Shown here: positions 8,969 through 17,627 of the stretch, one piece after another
Layout of the letters: every line of letters begins with the position of its first letter
Position numbering within the stretch: position 1 is the stretch's first letter
From: an uncultured Gammaproteobacteria bacterium
GTDB lineage: Bacteria; Patescibacteriota; Patescibacteriia; UBA9934; CAZDDW01
DNA: 64,000 nucleotides
Assembly (NCBI GenBank): GCA_965231015.1
Contig: OZ246408.1
Span: forward strand, 793,908-857,907
Reading direction: 5' to 3'
Notes under the pieces: model-generated
Told to the model about the DNA's origin: nothing
The model's database searches: none
The model's input: only the letters and a program-made list of their open reading frames with translations
Made by a program: the position numbers and the translations under genes

Positions 8969-9201
8969 ACAAATATAGCCGCAAAAATCCAAGCATAGAC
9001 AAACGCCTCAACCAAAACAATCGCCACTCCGGCAAAATTAAGACTTTGATAACCAGGGGCAAGAATCTGGATGAACTGGTTGTGATAAGCTCCAAGTTCA
9101 CTTGAACCAAGCACGGCCTGATGAACTAAAATACCGATATTTAAGAGCCCGTAAACAACCACCGAAGCCCAACCGAAGCCTTTTAAAGATAGTTTTTGCA
9201 T
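8938..9201 (-). CDS. small membrane protein, DUF5676-like
   Basis: LAPGYQSL...LVEAFVYAW..A.IFVWVYN pattern; 2 TM segments. Confidence 0.65.
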   Translation of the reverse strand: MQKLSLKGFGWASVVVYGLLNIGILVHQAVLGSSELGAYHNQFIQILAPGYQSLNFAGVAIVLVEAFVYAWIFAAIFVWVYNHFAQK

Positions 9202-9269
9202 ACGAATACATAATAAACTCGGTTGACTGTCTTGGCAAGCCTGAAACAAAATGAGATAATAGGAGCCGT

Positions 9270-9956
9270 ATGAGAATAAATCCCTTGGCAATTTTTTATG
9301 CGGTGGTCGTGATTGCGTGTGCGGTTTTATTGGTTGTAAACCCGGACATGATTATGTATCAAGAATTTTTTCTTGGAGGGGTCATTCTGACAGCTCTCTT
9401 AATTTTCGGGTTTACAATTCAACAAATTGGATGGAGCAAGGCGCTATATATTTTTGTACTGGCCGCTGGGGTTGGTTACGTCATGGAGTATTTGGGGGTC
9501 AATGACGGTCAGGTGTTTAGCAATTATTATTATACAGATTTTCTGGGTTCGAAAATCGGGGGTGTTCCGTACTTGATTCCAATCTCCTGGTTTACGGCCT
9601 TAATGACCGCTTTTTTGGGTGCTCGACTGATCCTTGGATTTGGGAAACGTAAAAGTAAATTAATACTGTTTTCTTCTGCTTCTCTCCTAGCTGTGATTTA
9701 TGATTTACCGATTGAGTATATGGCCAAGCATGTCTGGCAGTCTTGGGTTTGGCTGGACGGAGGGATTTTCCTTGGGGTACCGCTCCTAAACTTTATCGGC
9801 TGGTTTGTGGTGGCCTTTATAGTTTTCGGGCTCGGTGCTGGAGCATGGCGCAGCCTTAGCAAAACCGCCCGCGGTTACCGCGAGCTACAAATTGTTTGCT
9901 TTAGCGCCTTCGGTTTGACTTTATTCCACGTCGTGCTCGACTTGCTGGCTAAATAA
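9270..9956 (+). CDS. CruF/DUF422 family (carotenoid biosynthesis-type) membrane protein
   Basis: E.LGV..G..F..YYY...LG.KI.GVP..IP.SW and W.W....GVPL.NF.GW motifs; AGGAG SD. Confidence 0.8.
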   Translation: MRINPLAIFYAVVVIACAVLLVVNPDMIMYQEFFLGGVILTALLIFGFTIQQIGWSKALYIFVLAAGVGYVMEYLGVNDGQVFSNYYYTDFLGSKIGGVPYLIPISWFTALMTAFLGARLILGFGKRKSKLILFSSASLLAVIYDLPIEYMAKHVWQSWVWLDGGIFLGVPLLNFIGWFVVAFIVFGLGAGAWRSLSKTARGYRELQIVCFSAFGLTLFHVVLDLLAK

Positions 9957-9965
9957 TTTACTACG

Positions 9966-10084
9966 ACTTTTTCGTACCTACGAACAAACAATATACCCCG
10001 ATTCGTTCGAATAGAGGGTATATTGTTTGTGAATCATTTTCACTTTTCCATCTACGCTAAAGCTTCGGTGGACAGGCGTGCGAA
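9966..10084. repeat. composite junction repeat (25-bp module, 15-bp-stem hairpin, module interrupted by REP-like copy c at 10047-10076)
   Basis: 9966-9990 identical to 33834-33858; stem 9984-9998/10016-10030; 10034-10046 plus 10077-10084 equals 3935-3955. Confidence 0.8.
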
Positions 10085-10175
10085 AGACCCCATATAAAAC
10101 AAGAAACCCGCCCGAGTAAAGACCCGGACGGGTTAGTATTTTACTCTAAATCTCCCGAATCTCCAGCATGTTTAA

Positions 10176-10592
10176 TTATAGCTCCACTAAATACTTACGC
10201 AAAAATTTCTCTATTCCGAGCACCACCTCATCTTTTAAAGTTGACGGGCTTGAGGCGACCCAAACAGCAAAATTGTAAAACTCAACCTCATCGACCTTGA
10301 TCCATTTTCCGTTTTTATACAAAAAGACCAAAAGTGTGGTCATGGCAAGACGTTTATTACCATTTTGAAACGGGTGATTCTTAACCATTAAATAAAATAA
10401 AATCGATGCCTTGCCAAGCAGACCCCGATAAACAACCCTTTTCTGAAAACGCTGAAATGGTACGGCCAAACATCCTTCGAGCACTCCGGCAAAACGAGTT
10501 CCAAAATCTGGAATGGGTTCATTGAAATTTAAAGCTTCCTTAGCAAAAGTATGTGCCACCTGTTCAACTTCAGCCAGGCTAATGGGTTTCAT
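10176..10592 (-). CDS. doc: Fic/Doc family death-on-curing toxin
   Basis: HPFQNGNKR Doc-type motif; 138 aa. Confidence 0.85.
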   Translation of the reverse strand: MKPISLAEVEQVAHTFAKEALNFNEPIPDFGTRFAGVLEGCLAVPFQRFQKRVVYRGLLGKASILFYLMVKNHPFQNGNKRLAMTTLLVFLYKNGKWIKVDEVEFYNFAVWVASSPSTLKDEVVLGIEKFLRKYLVEL

Positions 10593-10593
10593 A

Positions 10594-10845
10594 TTACTCT
10601 GCCCCTAACATTTCAAGCGTCTGACCATATTCACGAACTGTCTTTCGCACGGCCTGTTCAATCATTTTCTTTTCTTTGGCACTTATCTCTTTTCCAACCA
10701 AAATTTTAACTTCACTCTCTGGAATCATAAAAGATCGACCAAGCCGCTTAGCCTTGATCTGTCCGCTGGTAATTTTTTTATTTACTGCAATCCGACTAAT
10801 CCCAAGTAAATCTGCCACTTCTTGAACCGAGTAATATTCCTTCAT
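10594..10845 (-). CDS. excisionase-like HTH (HTH_17) protein, putative antitoxin
   Basis: YSVQEVADLLGISRIAV...GQIKAKRLGRSFMI; C-terminal helix VREYGQTLEMLGAE; 1 nt upstream of doc. Confidence 0.75.
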   Translation of the reverse strand: MKEYYSVQEVADLLGISRIAVNKKITSGQIKAKRLGRSFMIPESEVKILVGKEISAKEKKMIEQAVRKTVREYGQTLEMLGAE

Positions 10846-10848
10846 ACT

Positions 10849-10897
10849 ATTGTTAACTTTATTGTTCAAGGTTAACAATTGTTAACCTCTTTGTCAA
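10849..10897 (-). promoter_or_regulatory. TA promoter (TTGACA-17-TAACCT) overlapped by a palindromic operator
   Basis: Perfect 20-bp palindrome AGGTTAACAA|TTGTTAACCT at 10869-10888; third ATTGTTAAC at 10849-10857. Confidence 0.7.
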
Positions 10898-10903
10898 TAT
10901 TGA

Positions 10904-12292
10904 CTAAATCTCCCGAATTTCGAGCATGTTTACTTTGCGGCCGGCGGGATGGCTCGCAATTACTACGACTTTGTCGCCTGCTCGAACAAGTTTAGCTAGT
11001 TTTAAAAGTCGAGTTGCCCGTTTGATCAAATCATCTGTCTCATAATCCATTTTAAGCGAATACGGCTGCACAGCCCAAGACAGGTTCAGCTGGTGGCGAA
11101 TAAATTCAGTTGAAGCAATAGCCACGATGGGGATTTCAGGGCGGAAGCGGCTGACCATGCGGGCAGTTGCTCCAGAGTTAGTGAGTGCCAGGATCATTTT
11201 TGTTTTCAAAGTTTGAACCATGAGTGAAGCAGCACCGCTCACCGAGTCCTTAACCATCTCGGCCAGCTGTGAGCTTTCTTCGAGCGTAACGTCATCATAG
11301 TGTGACGCTTCAGCTTCCTCGATTATTCGAGTCATGGTTTTTACAGCTTCCACCGGATACTTTCCCGTGGCAGTTTCACCAGAAAGCATAACCGCGTCCG
11401 TATGATCGATCACCGCGTTGGCTACGTCAGAAACTTCGGCGCGTGTTGGTCGTGGATTCCTGATCATTGAATCGAGCATTTGCGTGGCCACAATTACCGG
11501 CTTAGCTGCCGCACGGCACTTGTCAATGAACTCTTTTTGCAAAATCGGCACACCTTCAGCTGCGGTTTCGATTCCTAAGTCTCCTCGGGCTACCATGATC
11601 GCGTCTACTGACTTTAGAATCTCATCGAATCGATCCACGGCTTCGTGTTTTTCGATCTTGGCAATCACCTTGGGCAAGGGTTGATCATCCTTGGCGGCCG
11701 AGCGCAGAATACGCCGCATCTTTTTTACGTCCGCCGGATCTGTGACAAACGACAAGGCTACATAATGCAACTTTTGCTCAACACAAAACTTAGCATCTGA
11801 TTTATCCTTTTCTGTAATGGCCGAGATACTCAAATTGGTTTCCGGAAAGTTGATGCCTTTATGAGAGGTCAAAGTTCCCCCGACCACAACTTTAAATTTC
11901 AAAAATCCCTTTCGCCCACTCACAATCTCCCCTTCCATCAACCCATCGTCAAGCAAAATAGTATGACCCTTTTTCACATCCTTGTATAAATTTTCAAACG
12001 TCACCGGCACCTCAATGGTTTTTCCACGTTGTAGCTTGACTCCCTTTTCAGGCAACTCACCCACCCGAATCTTCGGACCCTGCAAGTCGCCAATAATTGC
12101 CACCGGATGCTTGAGCTCGCGAGCTACGGAGCGAATATTACGGATTAATTTTTTGTGATCAGCGTGTATACCATGCGAAAGATTAAGCCTGGCCACGTTC
12201 ATGCCGGCTCGGACCATTTGCTTGAGTTTAGATGCAGAATGACTGGCCGGACCAATCGTGCACACTATCTTTGTTCTTTTTTTACTGGGCAT
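10904..12292 (-). CDS. pyk: pyruvate kinase
   Basis: TKIVCTIGPAS, DLQGPKIR, MVARGDLG, ATQMLDSM, PTRAE, MLSGETA. Confidence 0.97.
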   Translation of the reverse strand: MPSKKRTKIVCTIGPASHSASKLKQMVRAGMNVARLNLSHGIHADHKKLIRNIRSVARELKHPVAIIGDLQGPKIRVGELPEKGVKLQRGKTIEVPVTFENLYKDVKKGHTILLDDGLMEGEIVSGRKGFLKFKVVVGGTLTSHKGINFPETNLSISAITEKDKSDAKFCVEQKLHYVALSFVTDPADVKKMRRILRSAAKDDQPLPKVIAKIEKHEAVDRFDEILKSVDAIMVARGDLGIETAAEGVPILQKEFIDKCRAAAKPVIVATQMLDSMIRNPRPTRAEVSDVANAVIDHTDAVMLSGETATGKYPVEAVKTMTRIIEEAEASHYDDVTLEESSQLAEMVKDSVSGAASLMVQTLKTKMILALTNSGATARMVSRFRPEIPIVAIASTEFIRHQLNLSWAVQPYSLKMDYETDDLIKRATRLLKLAKLVRAGDKVVVIASHPAGRKVNMLEIREI

Positions 12293-12293
12293 A

Positions 12294-13529
12294 TTAAAGA
12301 TCATCAGGGGTTACTTCTTCTAAGATGGCGGACATTAATATTTCCTCTCCGGCACGCATAACAAGAAGGCTCACAGTATCTCCCGGATCGAACTCATTAA
12401 TGATTTGAGCCAAAGTCTTGTCCGTGTTGACCGCCTGTCCGTTAATAGAAATTATAATATCTCCCTCAACTAACCCGGCGGCTTCAGCCGGTGAACCCGG
12501 CAGGATAGCCGGCTCATTTTCCCCAGTACCAGCCACCACGAGTGCTCCCTCGCTCACGGATAATCCGTTTTCTTCAGCCACAAACTCATCAATCATCAAA
12601 TAACGCACCCCAAGCCATGGCCGTACAATTCGACCGTGCTCCAACACATCACTCACCACTTCCTTGACCGAGTTGACCGGAATAGCAAAGCCGATTCCCT
12701 CACCCGAACCACTAATGGCGGTATTTATCCCGATTACTTCTCCAAGGAGATTAATGAGTGGCCCACCAGAGTTTCCTGGATTAATGGCCGCATCGGTTTG
12801 AATCGCTTGCTCAATTACTTGACTCGAACTAAAGTCACTAGCCAGCACCCGACGACCCAGCCCGGAAACCACCCCCTTGGTAACAGTATTCTGATATTCG
12901 GACAGAGTATTACCAATAGCAATCACGGTCTGACCAACGCGTAAATTGTCCGAGTCACCAAGAATAGCTACTGGAAAACTTTGGCCGTCTGTTTCCTCTT
13001 GATTAATCTGAAGCACGGCCAGATCCAAGAACAAATCTTCAGCCAGCACTGTAACTGCGTATTCCTCTCCGTCATTGGTTAAAATACTGTAAACCGCATC
13101 CGGGTCACTAACCACATGCTTATTGGTTATAAGAAGCCCTTCACTTGAGACAAACACAGCCGTACCACCTCCGACTTCAATAAGCTCACTCTCCAGAGAC
13201 TCTGTGTCCTCAGCTTCAAAATCATAAAAATAATAATCCGAGGCCTCAATAGTAAAAACCTGTTTGCGAACCACCACACTAACCACTGATGGTATGACTT
13301 GATTAACCACGGCAATAGTGGCTGTTTCTTCCTCTATGAGATCCACAATTTTGCGCTCTAAGGCCTCTTCTTCGCTCATGGGTAGAATATCCACTCCAAA
13401 TTGATCTGAAAGCTCCTGAACCAAATTTGAACGTTGAAACATTGAATAACCGGCCAAAGACCCAAAGAAAGCACCAATAACCGCTGAGATAGCAAGGACA
13501 AAAATTAGTAGTCCGGCTCGTTGAGTCAT
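12294..13529 (-). CDS. htrA: HtrA/DegP-like membrane serine protease with PDZ domain
   Basis: N-terminal TM; TNKHVV, DLAVL, TDAAINPGNSGGPL triad motifs; one PDZ. Confidence 0.92.
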   Translation of the reverse strand: MTQRAGLLIFVLAISAVIGAFFGSLAGYSMFQRSNLVQELSDQFGVDILPMSEEEALERKIVDLIEEETATIAVVNQVIPSVVSVVVRKQVFTIEASDYYFYDFEAEDTESLESELIEVGGGTAVFVSSEGLLITNKHVVSDPDAVYSILTNDGEEYAVTVLAEDLFLDLAVLQINQEETDGQSFPVAILGDSDNLRVGQTVIAIGNTLSEYQNTVTKGVVSGLGRRVLASDFSSSQVIEQAIQTDAAINPGNSGGPLINLLGEVIGINTAISGSGEGIGFAIPVNSVKEVVSDVLEHGRIVRPWLGVRYLMIDEFVAEENGLSVSEGALVVAGTGENEPAILPGSPAEAAGLVEGDIIISINGQAVNTDKTLAQIINEFDPGDTVSLLVMRAGEEILMSAILEEVTPDDL

Positions 13530-13849
13530 AATTCAATTTTTATTTTGTAAAAATTTATATTTTTTTTGTGTTCAACCTTCACCCCATCAGCGCGGAGAAG
13601 GGCAACTTTTTTGTTCAACCCTTTTTGGTATCCTCCGATTGTTCCGTCCGAGCACACAACTCTATGACACGGGGTTCCAGGCACGTCCGGATTCGCCTTA
13701 AGAGCATTACCGACCGCCCGAGCCGCCCCTGGTGAACCAACTGCTTTTGCAAGATCTTGATGGCTAATCACTCGTCCGCGTGGTACACGTCTCAGGCATT
13801 CATAAACCCAATCAGCAAAACTTTTTCTTTTTACTTTTTTTCGCTCCAT
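13526..13849 (-). CDS. MGMT family methylated-DNA--protein-cysteine methyltransferase (short form)
   Basis: ARAVGNAL and PCHRVV active-site motif. Confidence 0.88.
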   Translation of the reverse strand: MERKKVKRKSFADWVYECLRRVPRGRVISHQDLAKAVGSPGAARAVGNALKANPDVPGTPCHRVVCSDGTIGGYQKGLNKKVALLRADGVKVEHKKNINFYKIKIEL

Positions 13850-14300
13850 TCTTTCTAAGCAATGACTTTAGTTCCTTTTCAAAAGTTTTTACGTCTTCAA
13901 ACGAGCGGTAGACCGAAGCAAAACGAATGTAAGCCACTTTATCAAAGGTCTTGAGACGCTTCATTACAAAGTCTCCGATTTCTTCCGTGGTTAGCTCACC
14001 GGTTTTTTTCTTTTGAATGTCTCGCTCAATACGGTGTAGCAATTTCTTTAAAGCCTGTTCGGTTACAGGTCGTTTTTCAAGTGCTTTATTGAGCCCCTTA
14101 GTCAACTTTTCGCGCGAATATGCTTCACGCCGTCCGTCCCGCTTGACCACCATAAAACCTAATAATTCGACTTCTTCTAAAGTCGAGAAACGGTACGAAC
14201 ATTTTTCACACTCACGTCGTCGACGAATTCCCATCCCATCTTGGGACACCCTTGAATCAACCACTTTAGTGTCTTTGTACCTACAAACCGGACAATTCAT
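13812..14300 (-). CDS. nrdR: transcriptional repressor NrdR
   Basis: CPVC...DSR...IRRRRECEKC Zn ribbon, ATP-cone, VAYIRFASVY. Confidence 0.96.
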   Translation of the reverse strand: MNCPVCRYKDTKVVDSRVSQDGMGIRRRRECEKCSYRFSTLEEVELLGFMVVKRDGRREAYSREKLTKGLNKALEKRPVTEQALKKLLHRIERDIQKKKTGELTTEEIGDFVMKRLKTFDKVAYIRFASVYRSFEDVKTFEKELKSLLRKNGAKKSKKKKFC

Positions 14301-14309
14301 AACGAGGAT

Positions 14310-14338
14310 ATTATACCGCATTACTCACCCCCTCTCAA
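14310..14338 (-). promoter_or_regulatory. sigma70-type promoter of nrdR
   Basis: TTGAGA-17-TATAAT, 9 nt before ATG. Confidence 0.75.
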
Positions 14339-14360
14339 GCGAGGAAATATAATATGACAC

Positions 14361-14557
14361 ATTCGAGACCGAGTGTTCTCCACTCCCCTTCAGCGAGGTT
14401 ATTTTTCCTGGAGGAATTTGTGAGCCGACCACAAGACAAACCAAAGACCAAGGATCAATGACCCTTGGTCGACGAAACACCATAACGAGGCTCGGATACC
14501 ATACTTACACTTTCAGCAGATCCAAGGCCGAGTGGTCCTCACAGGGAAATGATCGAG
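14361..14557 (+). ncRNA. ssrS: putative 6S RNA (ssrS-like)
   Basis: Rod-like fold with central bubble: CCACTC/GAGTGG, CCTGGA/TCCAAGG, TGAGCC/GGCTCG, apical GACCAAGG/CCTTGGTC; 6S-like motifs GTGTTC, TGAGCCGA, CACC..GGCTC; TATAAT at 14348-14353. Confidence 0.55.
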
Positions 14558-14564
14558 CGCCCCT

Positions 14565-15755
14565 CTACATCATCTTCTTCCGAATAAAGGCCGGGATTTC
14601 CAACTCATCGTCTTCTTCGTCAACTTTTGGTTTGCTTGAAGAGGTTGAAACAGGAACCTGCTCGCGCTCTGACACCTTTGGAGCCTTGGCCTTGATTCGG
14701 CGTGGCTCTTCCCGCTCTTCTTCCTGCACCGGGGCTTGTGGTGCCCATGATCCTTGGGACGGAATTTCCATAGCACCTTGAGCGGTGACAGAACGCCGTT
14801 CTCGCGAATCAAACCCGGTAGCCACTACAGTAATTCTAATGTTATCCTTCATGTCTTCATCAATGTTGGCTCCAAAAATAACCTTGGCGTCCTCATCAGC
14901 TGAACCTGTAATAACCTTGGCCGCTTCAGCCACCTCGTGCATGCCAAGATCTGACCCTCCGGTAACTGTAAAAAGAATACCCTTGGCACCATCAATAGAA
15001 AGTTCCAGCAGCGGACTGGCAATAGCCTGTTTAGCCGCTTCAATAGCCCGATTTTCCCCAGAAGCATTACCGATCCCCATCAAAGCTGAACCAGCGCTTT
15101 CCATAATGGCTTTAACATCAGCAAAGTCAACGTTGATGATTCCAGGAACCGTAATCAATTCAGAAATTCCCTGCACACCTTGTCGCAAAACATCATCCAC
15201 CACAGCGAACGCCTCCATCAGCGAGGTCTTTTTATCTACAATCTGCAAGACTCGATCATTGGGAATACTGATCACAGTATCTACATGTTGGATCAGATTA
15301 TCATATGCTTCATCAGCAATACGTTTTCGCTGTGCACCTTCAAAAGTGAACGGTTTAGTGACAACCGCTATGGTAAGTGCGCCAATATCACGAGCTAACT
15401 TAGCAATTTCTGTTACTGCCCCACTACCGGTTCCACCGCCAAGACCACAAGTCAAGAAAACCATGTCTGAATTACTCAACACTTCACGAACCTCATTTTG
15501 ACTCTCCTCAATAGCCCGACGTCCAATTTCCGGATTCATTCCTGCACCCAGGCCGCGGGTTACAGTTTTCCCAATGCTTACTTTTTTAGAGGCCGGATTT
15601 TGGTGCAAAGCCTGAACATCTGTGTTCACGGCCACGAACTCCACTCCGCGGATCTTTTCTTCGATCATGCGAGTAATAGCCGCACCACCACCCCCACCAA
15701 TGCCAACTACTTTGATCTTGGCAAAGGTCTCAATGTCTGGTTTTACTTCTGCCAT
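14565..15755 (-). CDS. ftsZ: cell division protein FtsZ
   Basis: GGGTGSG tubulin motif, NVDFAD, C-terminal EIPAFIRKK. Confidence 0.98.
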   Translation of the reverse strand: MAEVKPDIETFAKIKVVGIGGGGGAAITRMIEEKIRGVEFVAVNTDVQALHQNPASKKVSIGKTVTRGLGAGMNPEIGRRAIEESQNEVREVLSNSDMVFLTCGLGGGTGSGAVTEIAKLARDIGALTIAVVTKPFTFEGAQRKRIADEAYDNLIQHVDTVISIPNDRVLQIVDKKTSLMEAFAVVDDVLRQGVQGISELITVPGIINVDFADVKAIMESAGSALMGIGNASGENRAIEAAKQAIASPLLELSIDGAKGILFTVTGGSDLGMHEVAEAAKVITGSADEDAKVIFGANIDEDMKDNIRITVVATGFDSRERRSVTAQGAMEIPSQGSWAPQAPVQEEEREEPRRIKAKAPKVSEREQVPVSTSSSKPKVDEEDDELEIPAFIRKKMM

Positions 15756-15858
15756 ATTTTTATTCGTCCTCCTCGAACAATTATTGTGTTAGGAAGTATT
15801 CAACATGAACAAATATTTTATCCATGAATGAATTAAAATTTAACTGATTTCATGAACC

Positions 15859-15887
15859 ACTTTAAGACATGTTTTTCCGGGTGTCAA
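15859..15887 (-). promoter_or_regulatory. ftsZ promoter
   Basis: TTGACA-17-TAAAGT. Confidence 0.65.
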
Positions 15888-15921
15888 GACAAAAAAAGTG
15901 TTCAAGAAATACACAGGGGAT

Positions 15922-15953
15922 GAAAAAAGGATGGGAGAACCCATTCCTTTTTC
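15922..15953 (-). terminator. terminator-like hairpin after ftsA
   Basis: AAAAAGGATGGG-agaa-CCCATTCCTTTTT. Confidence 0.6.
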
Positions 15954-15980
15954 TGATTTCTAAATTTAAAAGTGCAGTTT

Positions 15981-17237
15981 TTATGGCTTCAAGGATTTGA
16001 TTAATTTTACCAGACCTAAACCTAATTGGTTGACCACCTTGATCTTTCCAAACAGATTTCCAAGACCACCTCCGCGTACTCCACTAATACTGTGTCCCCA
16101 GACAACAAGTCCAATAGAGGTGCTGAAAGCTGGATCATTGGCATAATCAACCACAGAAGTAATTCCGATCGGAGTACCAAGTTCGGCTGGCAAGCGCAAT
16201 TGCCGCTTAGCTACATCAATCATGCTTGGCATCTTTGATCCTCCACCGGTTAAAACCACGCCGGCTGGCAACATCCCAGATCTGTCTATCTTCGCTAGTT
16301 CTTGGTCTACTTTTTCATAAATTTCCTCAATCCTGGCTTCAGCTATTTCAGACACAAATTTTGCAGATGTTTTTTCTCCTTCGCTTCCTCCAAACTCTTC
16401 TAAATAAATATCCTCTTTTCGAGAAACCTCACTCGGCAAAGCCACGGCATGCCGCAGTTTAACCTCTTCGGCCACATCAATCGAGGTACGCAAACCAATG
16501 GCAATGTCAGAGGTGATATGACCAGCTCCAACAGGAATAACGGCCGTATGCAAGACATCACCCTCCTCATAAACCACCACGCTGGTGGTACTGGAGCCGA
16601 TATTTACCACAGCTACTCCAAGTTCTTTTTGACGATTACTGACCACAGCTTCCGCACTAGCCAATACAGAAAAAACCAGGTCGTCAATCTCCAGCCCGGT
16701 TCGATAAACACACTTGGTTAGATTCTTAATTTGAGTGGTCAAACCTTGGATTATAAGAGCATCTACCTCAAGCCGGATTCCGTTCATACCCACAGGATCC
16801 TTAATCCCCCGCTGACCATCAACTGTAAAGCTTTTTGGAATCACGTGTAAAATCTCATAATTTGCTGGAGTAGCTACGGTTCGAGCCGCCTCAATAGCTC
16901 GTTCCACATCCTCTTCCTTAATTTCACCATCACTTCTAGCTACTCCTATCACTCCTTTACTTTCTTCGGTGATTATGTGACTTCCGGAAATACCAACCCA
17001 GGCTGTGTTCACCGGAAACCCAGTTAACCGTTCGGCCATTTCCAGAGCCTTGGAGGTACTAGCGGTAGCGTCTTCAATCGAGGTAATTGTTCCTTTATTA
17101 ACTCCCTCGGACGGCATTTCGACAGCCCCAATAATGTGCACCTGTTCTTTGTCGTTTTCTCCTGGCATGGATTGCCCAACAGCCACGCGAATAGCGTGGG
17201 AACCGATATCTAATCCAGCAATAATATTTTCTGCCAT
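15981..17237 (-). CDS. ftsA: cell division protein FtsA
   Basis: GLDIGS, DPVGMNGIRLE, VNIGSSTT, VLTGGGS, C-terminal amphipathic helix. Confidence 0.97.
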   Translation of the reverse strand: MAENIIAGLDIGSHAIRVAVGQSMPGENDKEQVHIIGAVEMPSEGVNKGTITSIEDATASTSKALEMAERLTGFPVNTAWVGISGSHIITEESKGVIGVARSDGEIKEEDVERAIEAARTVATPANYEILHVIPKSFTVDGQRGIKDPVGMNGIRLEVDALIIQGLTTQIKNLTKCVYRTGLEIDDLVFSVLASAEAVVSNRQKELGVAVVNIGSSTTSVVVYEEGDVLHTAVIPVGAGHITSDIAIGLRTSIDVAEEVKLRHAVALPSEVSRKEDIYLEEFGGSEGEKTSAKFVSEIAEARIEEIYEKVDQELAKIDRSGMLPAGVVLTGGGSKMPSMIDVAKRQLRLPAELGTPIGITSVVDYANDPAFSTSIGLVVWGHSISGVRGGGLGNLFGKIKVVNQLGLGLVKLIKSLKP

Positions 17238-17249
17238 AGTCTCAACAGT

Positions 17250-17627
17250 TTAACTGATTTTAGATAAAAAATCCAGTAAATGAGGTCCTAAAATAAATAA
17301 CCCAATCACTGCCGCTAACACAGATGAAAGCAGGACTGTTCCGGCCATAATATCTTTAATTTCAGCCACAATAGGATTCAATCTTGGTTTAAATCCATCA
17401 GCCATGCGCTCAAATGTACTATTAATAAGCTCTAAGATTAAGACCATGCCCACTAGAAGCATGATTAAAATGTGCTCCCAAGTCTCAAGTGGCCAAACAA
17501 AAGCCAAGACAATCACCAGGGTGCCAATTATTACCTGAATCCGGAAGCTCTGCTCACTAACAAACACGCTCTTGATTCCTCTCAAGGCGTGAGAAAAACT
17601 CTTAAACAATTTTTTCACACTTATCAT
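17250..17627 (-). CDS. dgkA: DgkA-family diacylglycerol/undecaprenol kinase
   Basis: SFSHALRG, ELINSTFE..D, IKDIMAGTV; 3 TM. Confidence 0.9.
   Translation of the reverse strand: MISVKKLFKSFSHALRGIKSVFVSEQSFRIQVIIGTLVIVLAFVWPLETWEHILIMLLVGMVLILELINSTFERMADGFKPRLNPIVAEIKDIMAGTVLLSSVLAAVIGLFILGPHLLDFLSKIS

Noticed and set aside
14458-15827. Long antisense ORFs over ftsZ, and similar shadow ORFs over the adhesin, hisS, aspS and others
   Set aside because: Antisense shadows of well-supported genes with no motifs or start signals
15855-15867. MraZ-box (AAAGTGG) control of ftsZ
   Set aside because: Single copy that coincides with the -10 element; MraZ sites need regularly spaced repeats
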